This document shows, one piece after another, positions 48,634 to 59,900 of a stretch of DNA of 64,000 nt (position 1 is the first letter of the stretch; every line of letters begins with the position of its first letter). Source of the stretch: Cyanophora paradoxa CCMP329 (lineage: Eukaryota > Plantae > Glaucophyta); NCBI GenBank assembly GCA_004431415.1, contig QPMI01000164.1:1-64000 (forward strand). Reading direction: 5' to 3'. A program made the translations under genes and the position numbers. The notes beneath the pieces were generated by a model that made no database searches, was not told the origin of the DNA, and saw nothing but the letters and a program-made list of their open reading frames with translations.

Positions 48634-49434
48634 TTAGATTTGATTTTGAAAAACGGTCGCACAGTACATGGCGCGGGCGCTCCAGCCGTTGGGTATACGT
48701 ACCTGGCCATGGAGGGGGATTTCCAGGCCTAGGGCTGCAATGGGCACGAGGAAAGCATGCGCAGCGGCCGCGGGCGCCGTCTCCGCGTCGGCAGCGCGCT
48801 TCACGGAGGGCGAGGGCATAGAGGAGCGCCGCTCCAGGTTGCGCTTGGCGAGGCTCACGCGCAGCTCGCGATCGCCCGCCGAGGCCGGCGCCTGCAGCTG
48901 GAGGTCGGCACCGATGGCCATGGACTTGCGCCGGCGCGCCGCGCCTGCATGCTGTGCGGTGCCCTGCTGTGATCGATATCCCGCGCCTGTCAGCATCGAT
49001 ATATATCGGCGTCCCCCGCGCACGGCGGCATTCGACACGAAGTCAAAGCAACTCACGTTAATGTTCCCAAACGTTAGCTTGCAATTGCTGGCAAAGTTGG
49101 CCGACTGCGCGTACGCGTGCACCGTTGGGTCTGCCGATCGCGAGTCGCGTATACGTACGCGCACTGGCGACGGCTCGAGCTCGAGCTCGGACCGGGGGCT
49201 CAGAGGCGGAGATGGCGTTTCGCTGCAGCCATACGCGTGTGCCGCAGTGTTCAGCGCGTTGAGCAGCCGCGCCAGACGAGATGCTGTGGGTCTGCTGTGC
49301 AACGATCTGCTGAGCATGAACGGACAGTGCTTGGAATCGCTGTCGAACGCGGTGGCCATGGGCGTCTCGCAGCGGCTGTTGCTCGCGCTCGAAAACGGGG
49401 GGAGACTGTCTATATACATAAAAGTGGGCACCAT
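48634..49434 (-). CDS. Hypothetical protein or gene fragment (266-aa ORF)
   Basis: Long open frame with an ATG; no recognisable domain; possible donor CAG|GTACGT near the 3' end. Confidence 0.35.
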   Translation of the reverse strand: MVPTFMYIDSLPPFSSASNSRCETPMATAFDSDSKHCPFMLSRSLHSRPTASRLARLLNALNTAAHAYGCSETPSPPLSPRSELELEPSPVRVRIRDSRSADPTVHAYAQSANFASNCKLTFGNINVSCFDFVSNAAVRGGRRYISMLTGAGYRSQQGTAQHAGAARRRKSMAIGADLQLQAPASAGDRELRVSLAKRNLERRSSMPSPSVKRAADAETAPAAAAHAFLVPIAALGLEIPLHGQVRIPNGWSARAMYCATVFQNQI

Positions 49435-49753
49435 CTAAACCTGACGGCGCGGCCCGCGCGGGTACTACGGTAGCCGCGGCCGCAGCTGCAGCCGCAACCA
49501 AATGTCAATGTTGGAATGTTAACAATATAATGCACACCACAGGCCGCCGGGCAATTTGAAAACGTTAACGGCGGGCCGACGGGGCGCGCACGCACCAGAC
49601 TAGTACTCGGATGATTTATAGCACTGCCGCGCAAAATACAGTCAGCCTATAGCTAGTACTACGGACTTCGTATACGCCGGCAGATCGATATCTACTAGGC
49701 TAGGCTAGAGCGCGGTTTCCGACTCGCGCTCGCGGAGCCGTCTGCTGTCCCTG

Positions 49754-50103
49754 GGCCGTTTCCCGCAGTCGCCGATTTGTATGGGAGCGGGCTTATGTAA
49801 GGCTTACGTAGTTAAAAGATGACGGTGACATCACGTTTGGCATGATGTCATGTTAATTTCGAAGCTAATTCGTAGCTTACGCGGGAGTGACTTTGGCCGG
49901 ATTAACTCCCGCGGATGTAAGCTACGAGCTTAGGAGGGCCTTTCTTTCTAGTGAGGCAGCCAATGGGCTGCCAGTGTCGGTGGGTGCCGCTTCACTACGA
50001 TAACGGAGTGAGCGGCACCCACACGACACATCATACTTTGGCCATCATAGTTTTTTCCCCCAGCTAATTTTCACTACGTAGCTGGCGACTGCGGGAAACG
50101 GCC
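49754..50103. mobile_element. 350-bp MITE, PIF/Harbinger-like
   Basis: Perfect 20-bp TIR GGCCGTTTCCCGCAGTCGCC (49754-49773 and 50084-50103) with CTG on both flanks (3-bp CWG-type TSD). Confidence 0.88.
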
Positions 50104-51147
50104 CTGCCTACTACTAGTATTGCCTAGTACTACGGTACGGTAGTACCTGTAGGCTGTACTACGCGAGTCTAATCATAGTCTGAAGTTCGTCGAGACTTAA
50201 TTTCGAAATTAGACAAAACCTGAAAATCGTGACGAAAATATGGTTCGCCAGCATCATCATATGGGGTATTTTCGTCAACCCCTCGATTGCGCTATATATA
50301 TAGGCTATCGCTATAGGCTATCAACTACCCCGGGCCCGGAGACCGTATACTAGTACTGTACTACGGTAGTACGCGTACGCCACGGTACGCGACGACTACC
50401 CCTAGTACTACGGTACGCGACGTACGCGTACGCCGCGCGCGGGCCCGTGCCACGGTGAGAGGGCCGTGACGTCGACGGTACGAAGCGCTCGAACTTCGGA
50501 ACGGATTGCCGCAGTACCTCTTAAGAGCTCAGCAAAAAAGCCTAGCAAAAAAGACTGGATCGAGACTCTTAATTTGAGAGATCTCTGCAGAATCTTCGGA
50601 AGTTATTTTCGTGAACCCCTTTAATTTCCACACACAAGCTCTGTTCAAAAGACTCGAAAAGAGTCAAATGCATGATTCTGCGTGCGCCCCTTTTCTTTCT
50701 TAGACTTACGTTACAAATTACTTCGGAGTCCGGGCCGGGCCCCGGGCCTAGTCTTCGTCGACTCTTCGTCGACGTCGACGTGCGTCGACTCTTCGACTCT
50801 TGACGGGAGTCGCGAATCATTCTAAATGCCGCGAATTATAGGACTTACTTATTTTAAGACTAGGAAGAATCATTGAACTTCATCCAAGTCTTTGCCAGCT
50901 ATACTATGATAGCTATTATATAATTAGCTACTAGGCTAGCCGCTGAGCGGCCTGAGCCTATAGCTACCTGGTAGTAGCTATAGCCTATAGCCTATAGGCT
51001 GGTACCGGTAGTACTGGTACCTGAAGACGGCGGTAGCGCGAATGCAATGGAGCCTTTATGGAGGCGCAGCCGCGCCGGCCTGCCACTGGGCCAGCCCGAA
51101 AAGTGGATAAACAGAGGGATTGTTCCTGCGAACTTTCGGAAACGGAT

Positions 51148-51385
51148 ACTGTAGGAATTTTCGAATGCTTTTTTAGCCGATGTTTTAAATTGCCGTATAT
51201 TGCCGAGAGGCCGGATTCGGCAATTGTAAGCCACGGCAATTCTGAGGGGGTAGGCCTAAACGGCAGTTTTGTATGGCGCCATAGAGCGGAAATCTGGATT
51301 CGGCAATTTATCGCCACGGCAATTTCGGTTTTAATTGGTCGAATTCGGCAATTTAACTACGCGGCAATTTAAGCATTCCTACAGT
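51148..51385. mobile_element. 238-bp MITE with TIR ACTGTAGGAAT(GCTTAAATTGCCG) and internal CGGCAATT repeats
   Basis: ACTGTAGGAAT (51148) and ATTCCTACAGT (ending 51385). The empty site CGGATTGC in copy A (~44018) and at ~50502 implies an AT duplication, or a TSD-less insertion with TA ends. Multiple CGGCAATT motifs in both orientations. Confidence 0.8.
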
Positions 51386-51593
51386 ATTGCAGTCGAATTT
51401 GCAGAGGTGCCAGAGAGTCGACGTCCGTCCGACGGTCACACGGCGGTCACGTACGAAACTTGAAAGGGGATTCTTAGGGGAACGTCTACGTATATTACGG
51501 TATATACCGTAGTACGCACGTGCACCGGTACCGGTACCGTTCAAGGTTAACCATATATAAATACGCACGAATTTATGAGCACAAGAAGATATT

Positions 51594-52345
51594 GGTGACG
51601 TTCCGGATCCTCGTGTGTACCCTTCTCTCTCTTCTACTTCGCTATTTTTGCCTCTCCCGCCTGGTTCAGCCCCATCGTCTGCCTTCCCTGTCACTACTGG
51701 CTTGCGTTTCGCCCCTCCTCTTATACTGCCGATTCCGAGTCTGAATCCGAGTTCTGCCCCTTTCCTCGTGTCGTCCCTATAGCTAGTTCCTCAGATTAGT
51801 CTTCAGCCGGCGCCGGGCGCCGTCCATTGTTTTACGTATACCAACTCTACAACCTCGATTCCGTTTAGACACTCCGCCAGCTTCGACTCTCCCCTCTAGT
51901 ACTAGTGGTGTCCTACGTTTCGCCTCTCCTACTGTTCTGCCGCCTCGGCCTCCTGCGACTACGCCGACGTATATGTTCTAGCTAGTTCTGCTGTTAGCTC
52001 TATCTTGTCGTCTTCGTCTAGATCTTCGTCTTCGACTGTAGTTCCTCGTGCTCGTTCTCCTTTATTCGCTGCGTCCCCGTATACGTACGCTATACGCGTG
52101 CTCCTCGTCGTTCTAGTGTGACTAGTACTTCTGCGTCGACGTCCTTGAGCTCTTCTAATCCTTCTCCTCATGATCATTCTCGTTCTCCTTATCTTTTGCG
52201 TTCTTCTGATCGTGTCCCTTCTCGTGACCCCTCCTGATTCTGTATTTTGTGCTAGTTTACTGTATCTTTGATTTGTGATTGCTTTGTTGTCCTTAATATC
52301 ACTACCTACGGGGGGTTCGCCCCACTCTAGTCTCTCAAAACAAAA
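51594..52345 (+). mobile_element. Possible retroposed or other insertion, pyrimidine-skewed, with an A-rich tail
   Basis: Flanked by AAGATATT (51586-51593 and 52346-52353), ends in CAAAACAAAAA, and is absent from repeat copy A. Class unknown. Confidence 0.35.
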
Positions 52346-53946
52346 AAGATATTCTGGATCGGCCGCGGGTAAGTATATCCCCGTTTCGAGCGCGTGCGCG
52401 GCGCCACGTGGCACGCGTGCATGCGCATTAAAAAAATATTGCGCACTCGAAGGAGTCGCAGCAGTGCTGCGATGCTGACGTATTATCACGTATATACGTA
52501 CTACGGTACAGTACGTACTACGTATACGCGTGCTCCGAATTAAAAACATTTTCGAAGCCTCCGTCGGCGGCACCGATGATACTACTGCAACGCTTTAATT
52601 TCGAAAAATTGTATCATAGTTGTTTTAGCTTTGGACTCCGAGCTCTCGAGGATCCTCGACCGAAGCTTAAGTTCATCGCGATCGAACTCGCAATCGATTG
52701 GCGAAACGAGCTCTCTCGAGCTTATAAATTAAAATTTTTAAAAACTTAGGCTAGGCCTAGCCTAGCTCCCAGGCTCCTAGGCAGGCCGGGCTGCGCGCGC
52801 GAGCGATTGTTTTTCAGCTTTCAAGCTTTGTAGGGTCCCGTTTGCGAAAGGGTCCCGGCCCCCGGGATTGTATGATCATTGTAGAGCCGGGCAATCGATA
52901 TCGAATCTAGATCTGACGATCGCGAGGCGACGCCCACAAGGGAAGCACGTGCACGTTTGTAATAACTTTGTATTACCGGTACTAGTACCATTGTTCCAGT
53001 GTTGAGAGAGCCTGCTGAGGGACTCGATATCATCTAGTATCGCGATCGACATGTCACGGTGTACAGTATACGTATACCGTGCAACAGGAAAATACTAGCT
53101 AGCTGGACGCTGAAAATTAGTGGAGCCGGAAATTTGTAGCCGCGACTGTGCAGTCTGTGACTCTGTGCGCTACATGTACAGAGCGAAAATCGGGCCTCGG
53201 GCCTCGGCATTTTAACGATTCCGGTTTAAAATTCGGCGAATTCGGCAATTTGAGTTTTACGCCTCCTAACGTTAACGGTAGAGGGATCGGAGATTCGGAA
53301 TCGATACCAGTATCATCTGATGCGCGACGCAGCGCGACTCTGCTCAGCGGCTGCGCGAGCCGTGCAATGCAGAACCACGCGTGCATGCGCATGAACGGCA
53401 AGGTCCGGCACTGCGGCATTGGTCCGGCAGTACTAGTGGTCCGTCCGACGGTCATGCACGCGTACGAATATGCACGGTCATGCAAGGGAAACCGTTGAAC
53501 AACTTGGCAACTGGCAACTTCCGAAGTTCCGAGTCGGAAGTTCTCCGAACCAGCGCGTTTGGGAAACGGGGAGGCCCTGAGGCTCCGGAAAGGCCGAAGG
53601 GGAAATTGGAGCTCGTCTCGGCGAGCACACGCTCCGACGGTCGAACGCGGGCTCATGATGCCTCGGCTGCAGCCTGCAGGTGGTCACATGTACGTAGGTT
53701 TTACGCAGTGATCGACATCATACGGGATGGCGACTGGTGTTGGAGCTGACTCAGTACTAGTGAGCATGCGCAGCGCCAGTTTCTCAGAGATCCAGACCGT
53801 TATGCGTACAATACACGTTCAGCGCTAACTATAGCCTGCTGCAGCTGGCAGCTTTCTTGGCTTGCTTTCTTGGCTTGATGATCATCGCTGATCGGATCAC
53901 CAATTGCGACGTCGCAATATAATTAGTTAGCAGCTCACGACTGACC

Positions 53947-56900
53947 ATGAGCTCGATCAGATCTAGACGTGGTTTGTACCTGCTGGGCGCTCCTGCGCTC
54001 GAGCGCATGCATATGCATGGAGATCTAGATGAGGATCACGTGTACGATTTTGAACGAGAAGAGCTGCCCTCCGGCGATTCAACGAGGCCGGAGACTACGG
54101 TCGCAGGGGAGCCCGTTGCGCCCAGCGCGGAGCCTGCGGCCGTGGCGCCGCATGCGCAGCCGTCCGATCGCGACAGCTGCAGCTGCAGCGAGCTCGATCT
54201 CGAGGCGCCATATGCTTCGACAGAAGCGGCGGCCGCGTCGAGCGGCGGCGCTGGCGCCGGGAGCGGTTCTTATACGGATGTTCACATGCAGCCTGGCCAT
54301 AAAGAAGCAGCTGCAGCTGGCCCGGCGGTGCCGGTTGAGCGCCTATTCCCGTACATCGCGGTGGATGTGCTCGCTCTGGGCGCCGTCAGGGCTCAGCTGG
54401 CCATGGCCACGGGACCCCTTCGCGGCGGTCCGGAAGGCGACGCCGCCGTCGCCTCCGTACCGGGTGCCGCCCTCTTTGTGGACGGTGCGCCGCGGCCCGG
54501 CCTTGGCCATGGCCTGCAGATCCTTGCAAATCGGCTGATCATGATCGAGCGCGGGCGGCCGGGCCTCACGATCGCGAAGTGAGCGGCTTTTCGGCGCTCG
54601 CGCGGAGCCTCGCGCGCTCGAGCTCGGGCGCCGCGGGCGGCGCTGTTGCGTGCGAGAAGGTGCATGGGCTCGCCCTAGGCTAGGCCCCCGCCTCTTCAAG
54701 GCCGTGACAGTGAGACTGACGTCCGCCCCGCCCCAACCCCCGACTTGGCGATCCCATCCCCATTCGAATCCAGCTCGTATCCACACGTGCGCCGCCGCTG
54801 AAATCCCTTTCCGACCCCTGCCCTCCAAAGCCTCCCCCCCCCTCCCGTGCTAACTCCGCCAGCGCCCGCCGGCACCACTTCGAATCTCATTTTCTTGAAC
54901 GCCGGGCGCCTCGCCCGGGCGCAGTGAACGGGTACTTCTCGCTGCTCGTGAGCGCCCTGCACGGCAGAAGCCTCGAGGTCCTCTTCTTCGCGGGGGCACG
55001 TGCACGCTCCGCGGCCGCCCCCGGCCCCCCTCACGATCCCCTCACGATCCGCGGGCGCAGGACGCCATCGTGGCGTTCGCGCCGGCGACCGAGGGGCGCT
55101 CCATGCAGCAGGCCGCCTCCTCCGCCCTCGCCGCTGCCCTGGAGGGTACGGACGTTGACGTCGCGGTGCTTTCGAAGCACTCCCGGCCCGAGGCGCTGAA
55201 CTGTGTGCTCGTCACAGTTCGGGCCATTTCCTTCGAGAAGCAGGGGATCAGGCTCCAGGCGCACACGGGGCTCGGTTCGACGCCGCGTGCACCGCGCGAG
55301 CGCTAGCCCCCGCGATCGCCCGAAATGACTGGCGCGCACCGGCGCCCTCGTGCAGGGGTTGGCGATCTGCTCGTGTACTTCCTGCGCGGCACGGGCCAGC
55401 GCGCGTGGAGCCAGTTGCTCTACGCCGGCGACCTGATGAGCCAGGGTCCGCAGCGAGCCGCCCCGTGCCGCCTTGCCTTCGCGTCACTGATCATGACGCG
55501 GGCGGTTGTGTTCGAATTCATTCGGGCAGTCTGTGAGGCTCAGCGCAAGTCCTCTGGAGACGACATCGTTCTGTCAGAGCCCGCCCTGGTCTCCCTCGAG
55601 GCCTGCAGCTGCCCGCCCGCCCTCGCCCATCTATTCGAATTCTTCCGAGGCTTCCCGATCTTCGGTCCTGGGAATAATATTTAATAGATGGACCCGGCTT
55701 GCGTTGTCTGGCATCACGCTCCTGCAGCTGCATGTGCCTCTTATTTCGCTCTTGCAATTGCAGGGGAGCTGCACGGTGGAGCAATTGGACGGTCTGGAAA
55801 CGAGCGGCGGCCGCTTATACTTCCGCTTGACGTCGACGTCGACGTCGGTCCTGGCCACGGCGGCGGGTGCCGATTCCGACGCTCGTCCGGGGAGCTCGAG
55901 TCGCGGCGCGAGCGCGAGGAGCCCAATGGGATCCCTCAAGCTGAAGGGCCCGATGCCGAAGGCGCCCACAGCGAAATCGCTCGCAGCGGAGCTCATCGGC
56001 AGGACGCACTCTTCCCGCTCCCTCGCCCCCGCCGCGGCGCCCGCGGATCCGGCCGCTGAGTGCCCCTGTTCGGCAACCCGCGCCGCGGCCGCCGCCACGC
56101 TGGCCCCCTTCTTGGAGACCATCCTTCCTCTGCTCCCGGGTGCACACGTTGACGGCGCCGGCGCCGGCGCGCGCCCATCATGTAGAACTCAAATTAAAGT
56201 GCGAAACTGACTCGAGCTCGTGATCGCGCGGGCAGCTTCCGGAACAAAGAGCAGCCGTGGTGGCTACGACTTTAATTACTTTCTGGACGAAATCCGCACC
56301 GTCTTCATCGTTTTCGGTAGCGATTTCAATGCCGGATCCGCCCTCGTTTCCACTTGCGCGCGACCTGTGCTTACTGGTGCCATCCGCTCCGAAGTGTCGT
56401 TCCCGGAGCTCGACACCATCAACCGCTCGATACAGGAGGGGGCTCAGTGGCATGCGACACGCTTCGCACAGGTCCGTCATTTTCGAATCAGATATTGCGC
56501 GAACAGTGCACGTGCCACATATACATGTGCTCTGCAACCTTCATTTGATTACGAGCTCCGGTCTAGGTCACTCGTGCTGTGTATCAGATCGCCAAGGAGC
56601 TGGATGGAGACGTCAACAAGGTTTTCCTGGTGAAGCTTTTTAATTTGCAGCCATTGTATTCCACTCGGTTGTTTTCCCTTCTGAACGCTTGTTCCGCACA
56701 TTTCAAATTGATTCGCCAACCCCATCGCGAAGGACGATAAGGTGCACGCCAGCTTTTGCAGGCCGCAGCGCAACGCGCGATCGAGGCCATCGCTCGCGAT
56801 CGCGATCGAGTGCGTTCGCAGCTGCTGATTGGTATACGCTCGCTTTCCAGGGCGCGTCGGCGCTCCTGTCGTTCGGGAACCCGGGTCGGAGCCACGAGGA

Positions 56901-59900
56901 CGACGCGGAGCGGGCCGTGCGTGCGGCGATGGCGCTGGCCGACTGGTTTGCGGCCAGCGGCTCGCCCTTCGCGGCCGGCATCGCGGGCGGCCCCACCTTC
57001 TGCGGAACGCTCGGCTCCTCGTGCCGAAAAGAACACGCACTTGTCAGCTGTAGCATCGTTGCTTCCGGCGATATCTCCCCGCGCGCTGCTGATCATGAAT
57101 GGTTTCCTGTGTGCGCAGATTGGCGACTCGGTCATTCTCGCAGCTCGCCTGATGGGCGCGGCCCGAGCGAACATCGGCTTCGGCAGCGGCAACGCCCCGG
57201 TGCAGTGGCCCCCGCCATCCCTTCATAGGAAAGGGTCTATCTGTGAAACAGCGTCGCGCTCCCGGCGGCGGCGCAGCTGCTCTGTGAGGTGCTGTGCGAC
57301 TCGTTCGTTGCGGCGAGCATCTCCGCAAGCCGCCGCCCGCTCGTGCGCACCCGCATATGCATTGGTTGCATCCCATCGGAGATCTAGAGTTCCTCGAAGG
57401 CTGATCACGCCGCGCGCTCAAGGGTTTCCGGCTCGACGGGCTGCCCCCGATCCGAGCCAAGGGCTTCAGCGAGCCGGTCTCCGTGTTCCGCCCGCAGGCG
57501 CGTTGGATTCGAAGCCTGCTTCATACATATTTAATTATAAATATAGTAATTAAACCAAAAGACTCGTTCGCCCGCGCTCATCGTGCGCGCCCGATTGAAG
57601 GCGGTGGAGGACGCCCCGAAAGACTTCGACGACTCTCAGAGGCGGCTGGCGCTGCGCCTGCCGAGGCCCACCGTGGCCTCATTTGCCAGCGACGGCGGCG
57701 GCGCCAGCGCCGGCGGCGCTGCCGGTGCCCGGCTATCGGGATCATCCCACTCGGAGCCGGCGTTCCGGCGCTCTCGCTTCCTGGGGCGTCACCCGGCTCC
57801 GATCTTTGGTCGGTGCGCAAGCTGTATGTATATCGTGTAGTTCACCGCGTCGCGCGGCTACGTATACGTGATGGCAGGCGCACGTGCACGTCCGCCATGC
57901 GCTCCATCAAAGTGACTTTCGTTTGCACAGCGACGCCGCGCTCGAGCGCTGCATCAACGAGGTCCGGGCCTGCTCGGCGGGCGGGCAGGGGGGCACCATT
58001 TGCATCGAGGGGGACGCGGGGTTCGGCAAGACCCGCCTTCTGCGCGAGGTGCGGCGTGTCTCGGCTGCGCCGGTCGCTCGCACACGCATGCCGATCGCGA
58101 CTTTGAGCGCTGCTCTCGCTGTAGGTCGCGGCATCGATCGAACCGGAGCGATTCGTCGTGCTGCGTGGCGCGACGGCAGCGACCGAGGTGCCACCCGCTC
58201 TCGAGAAGACGCATGCATATGAATGTGCACACGAACAGGAAACCAACGGATAGATATATATCGCGCGCAGGAAATCACGCCGCTCTACGTGTTTCGCGGG
58301 GTTCTGGTTTCTATCCTCGAGGCACAGGGCGCCGTTGCCCCGAGCGGCGGGCTCGCGAACTCGCGGGAGAGCTGGATTCCCCCCGCGGGGACCGCGCAGG
58401 CCAGCTGGGCGGCAGAGCTGGAACTTCCTACCCTTTGGAACGCCATCTTCGGGGGGGGCAGCGGCGGCATGAGATCGGGCAGGGGAGGTGCGCATGCGTT
58501 CCACCCGAACATCGCTCGAGCGGCATATGTCCGATGGTCGACGTCTGCGTCTGCAGGTCGCGATCGCGATCGCGGTGTGGACCGGAAGAGCTCGTACCAG
58601 AGCAGCTACCAGCCACTCAACGCACAGCTGCTCATCCGTGCGGCCAACACGCTGGCCCGGTCCGCCATCAAGCTCCCCGAAAATGTTAATGTCCGCGCTT
58701 CAAGGCTTCGGTCCCGTCACTCGCCGCCTCCGCCATGCCAGGCTTATCGTCTCGCTGGAGAACGCCAACCATGATCATGAACAGGGCGAACACCGCCGGC
58801 AGGTCGCCCTCATCATCGAGGTGGGAGCCAGCAAGGGCGGCCTTGATCATGAAGCTATTCTTTCTATCGGCTCGTTACTCGTATTTCACGGCAGGACGCG
58901 CACTGGATGGACAGCTCGTCGTGGAAGACCCTTCGCTCGCTGCGGGAGGCCTGCCCCCGACTCCTGGTGCCTGCCCCCTGCGGTCGCGCGTGTTTCTGCC
59001 TCTGTCTCGCCCCTGCCATTCAACTAGACCGTGATTACCACGCCTGCCCACACGGCTCCTTCGATTAGATCGTGATTACCACGCGACCCATCCCACAACC
59101 GCCCGTCGAGTTCCTGAAACTGCAGGGCCAGGTTCATTGATTTCCGCTAGCGCTGCCGGGCGTCCAGCCCACATGCATTGGCCCGCATCTGAAGTCCGGT
59201 CTGTTGCCCAGACGGGCGAAGCGCGATCGCGATCGCTTGCAGGTGGCCACCGGGCTCCCCAAGAGAGCGACCGCGAACCAGCTGCACCAAGCACACCGCT
59301 CTCTCGCCTGAGGGGACTCTACTCGCTCGGATATATGTACAACGCGTTCGGCAGCATGAGGAGGCCGCGGCGACCAGATCTAGAAGCCAACTCTGGAGAT
59401 TCCGAGTGCGCTTGCTATCGATCGCGATCGCTGCGCGCGCTCATTTTCGAGCGCCTGCTTGTGCCGTATTACCACGTGCACCAGGGATCCGGAGCCGGTT
59501 TCGGGGGTGGAGGTTGATGATCATGAACGGGACGGTCGGGTGCGCCCGGCTGCAGCTGGCCGCCGCATTACCAAAAGAGAATTGTTCTCGACAGGCCTCG
59601 CAGGCGTCGCACGACGTCGCGGGGGACGAGGGCGCCCAGCCACGGGCCGATGGCCCGTCTGCGCTGGCGGCGGTGAGCCCGAAGACCCGCCGGCCCGTTC
59701 ACATCCAACTGGGCCCCCTTGCCTGCGACGACGCGCGCATGCTCCTCCTGGTGCCCGAGCGCGCTTGAAATTGTGCAACACATCGAATGTGACAGCTGAT
59801 CATGCATATGGCGCGCCGTGAACCTAGAGCCTCTCCACCCGAATGAACATCTCCTGGCCCGCGGACTTCGTCGAGTCGGTGCTCGAGAAGGCGTCGGGGG

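Larger units (their letters stand above)
50670..53550 (+). repeat. Dispersed repeat family, copy B, with nested insertions
   Basis: Same ordered anchors as 43670-45590; carries the 51148-51385 MITE and the 51594-52345 insert. Confidence 0.75.

Noticed and set aside
51959-52573. 204-aa Arg-rich minus-strand ORF
   Set aside because: It spans a repeat/insertion junction and reflects compositional skew; no domain recognised.
41800-53900. Dense palindromes as restriction-site arrays, transcription-factor sites or synthetic polylinker
   Set aside because: They are polymorphic between young duplicates and follow one positional grammar for arbitrary 3-mers, pointing to a mutational origin.
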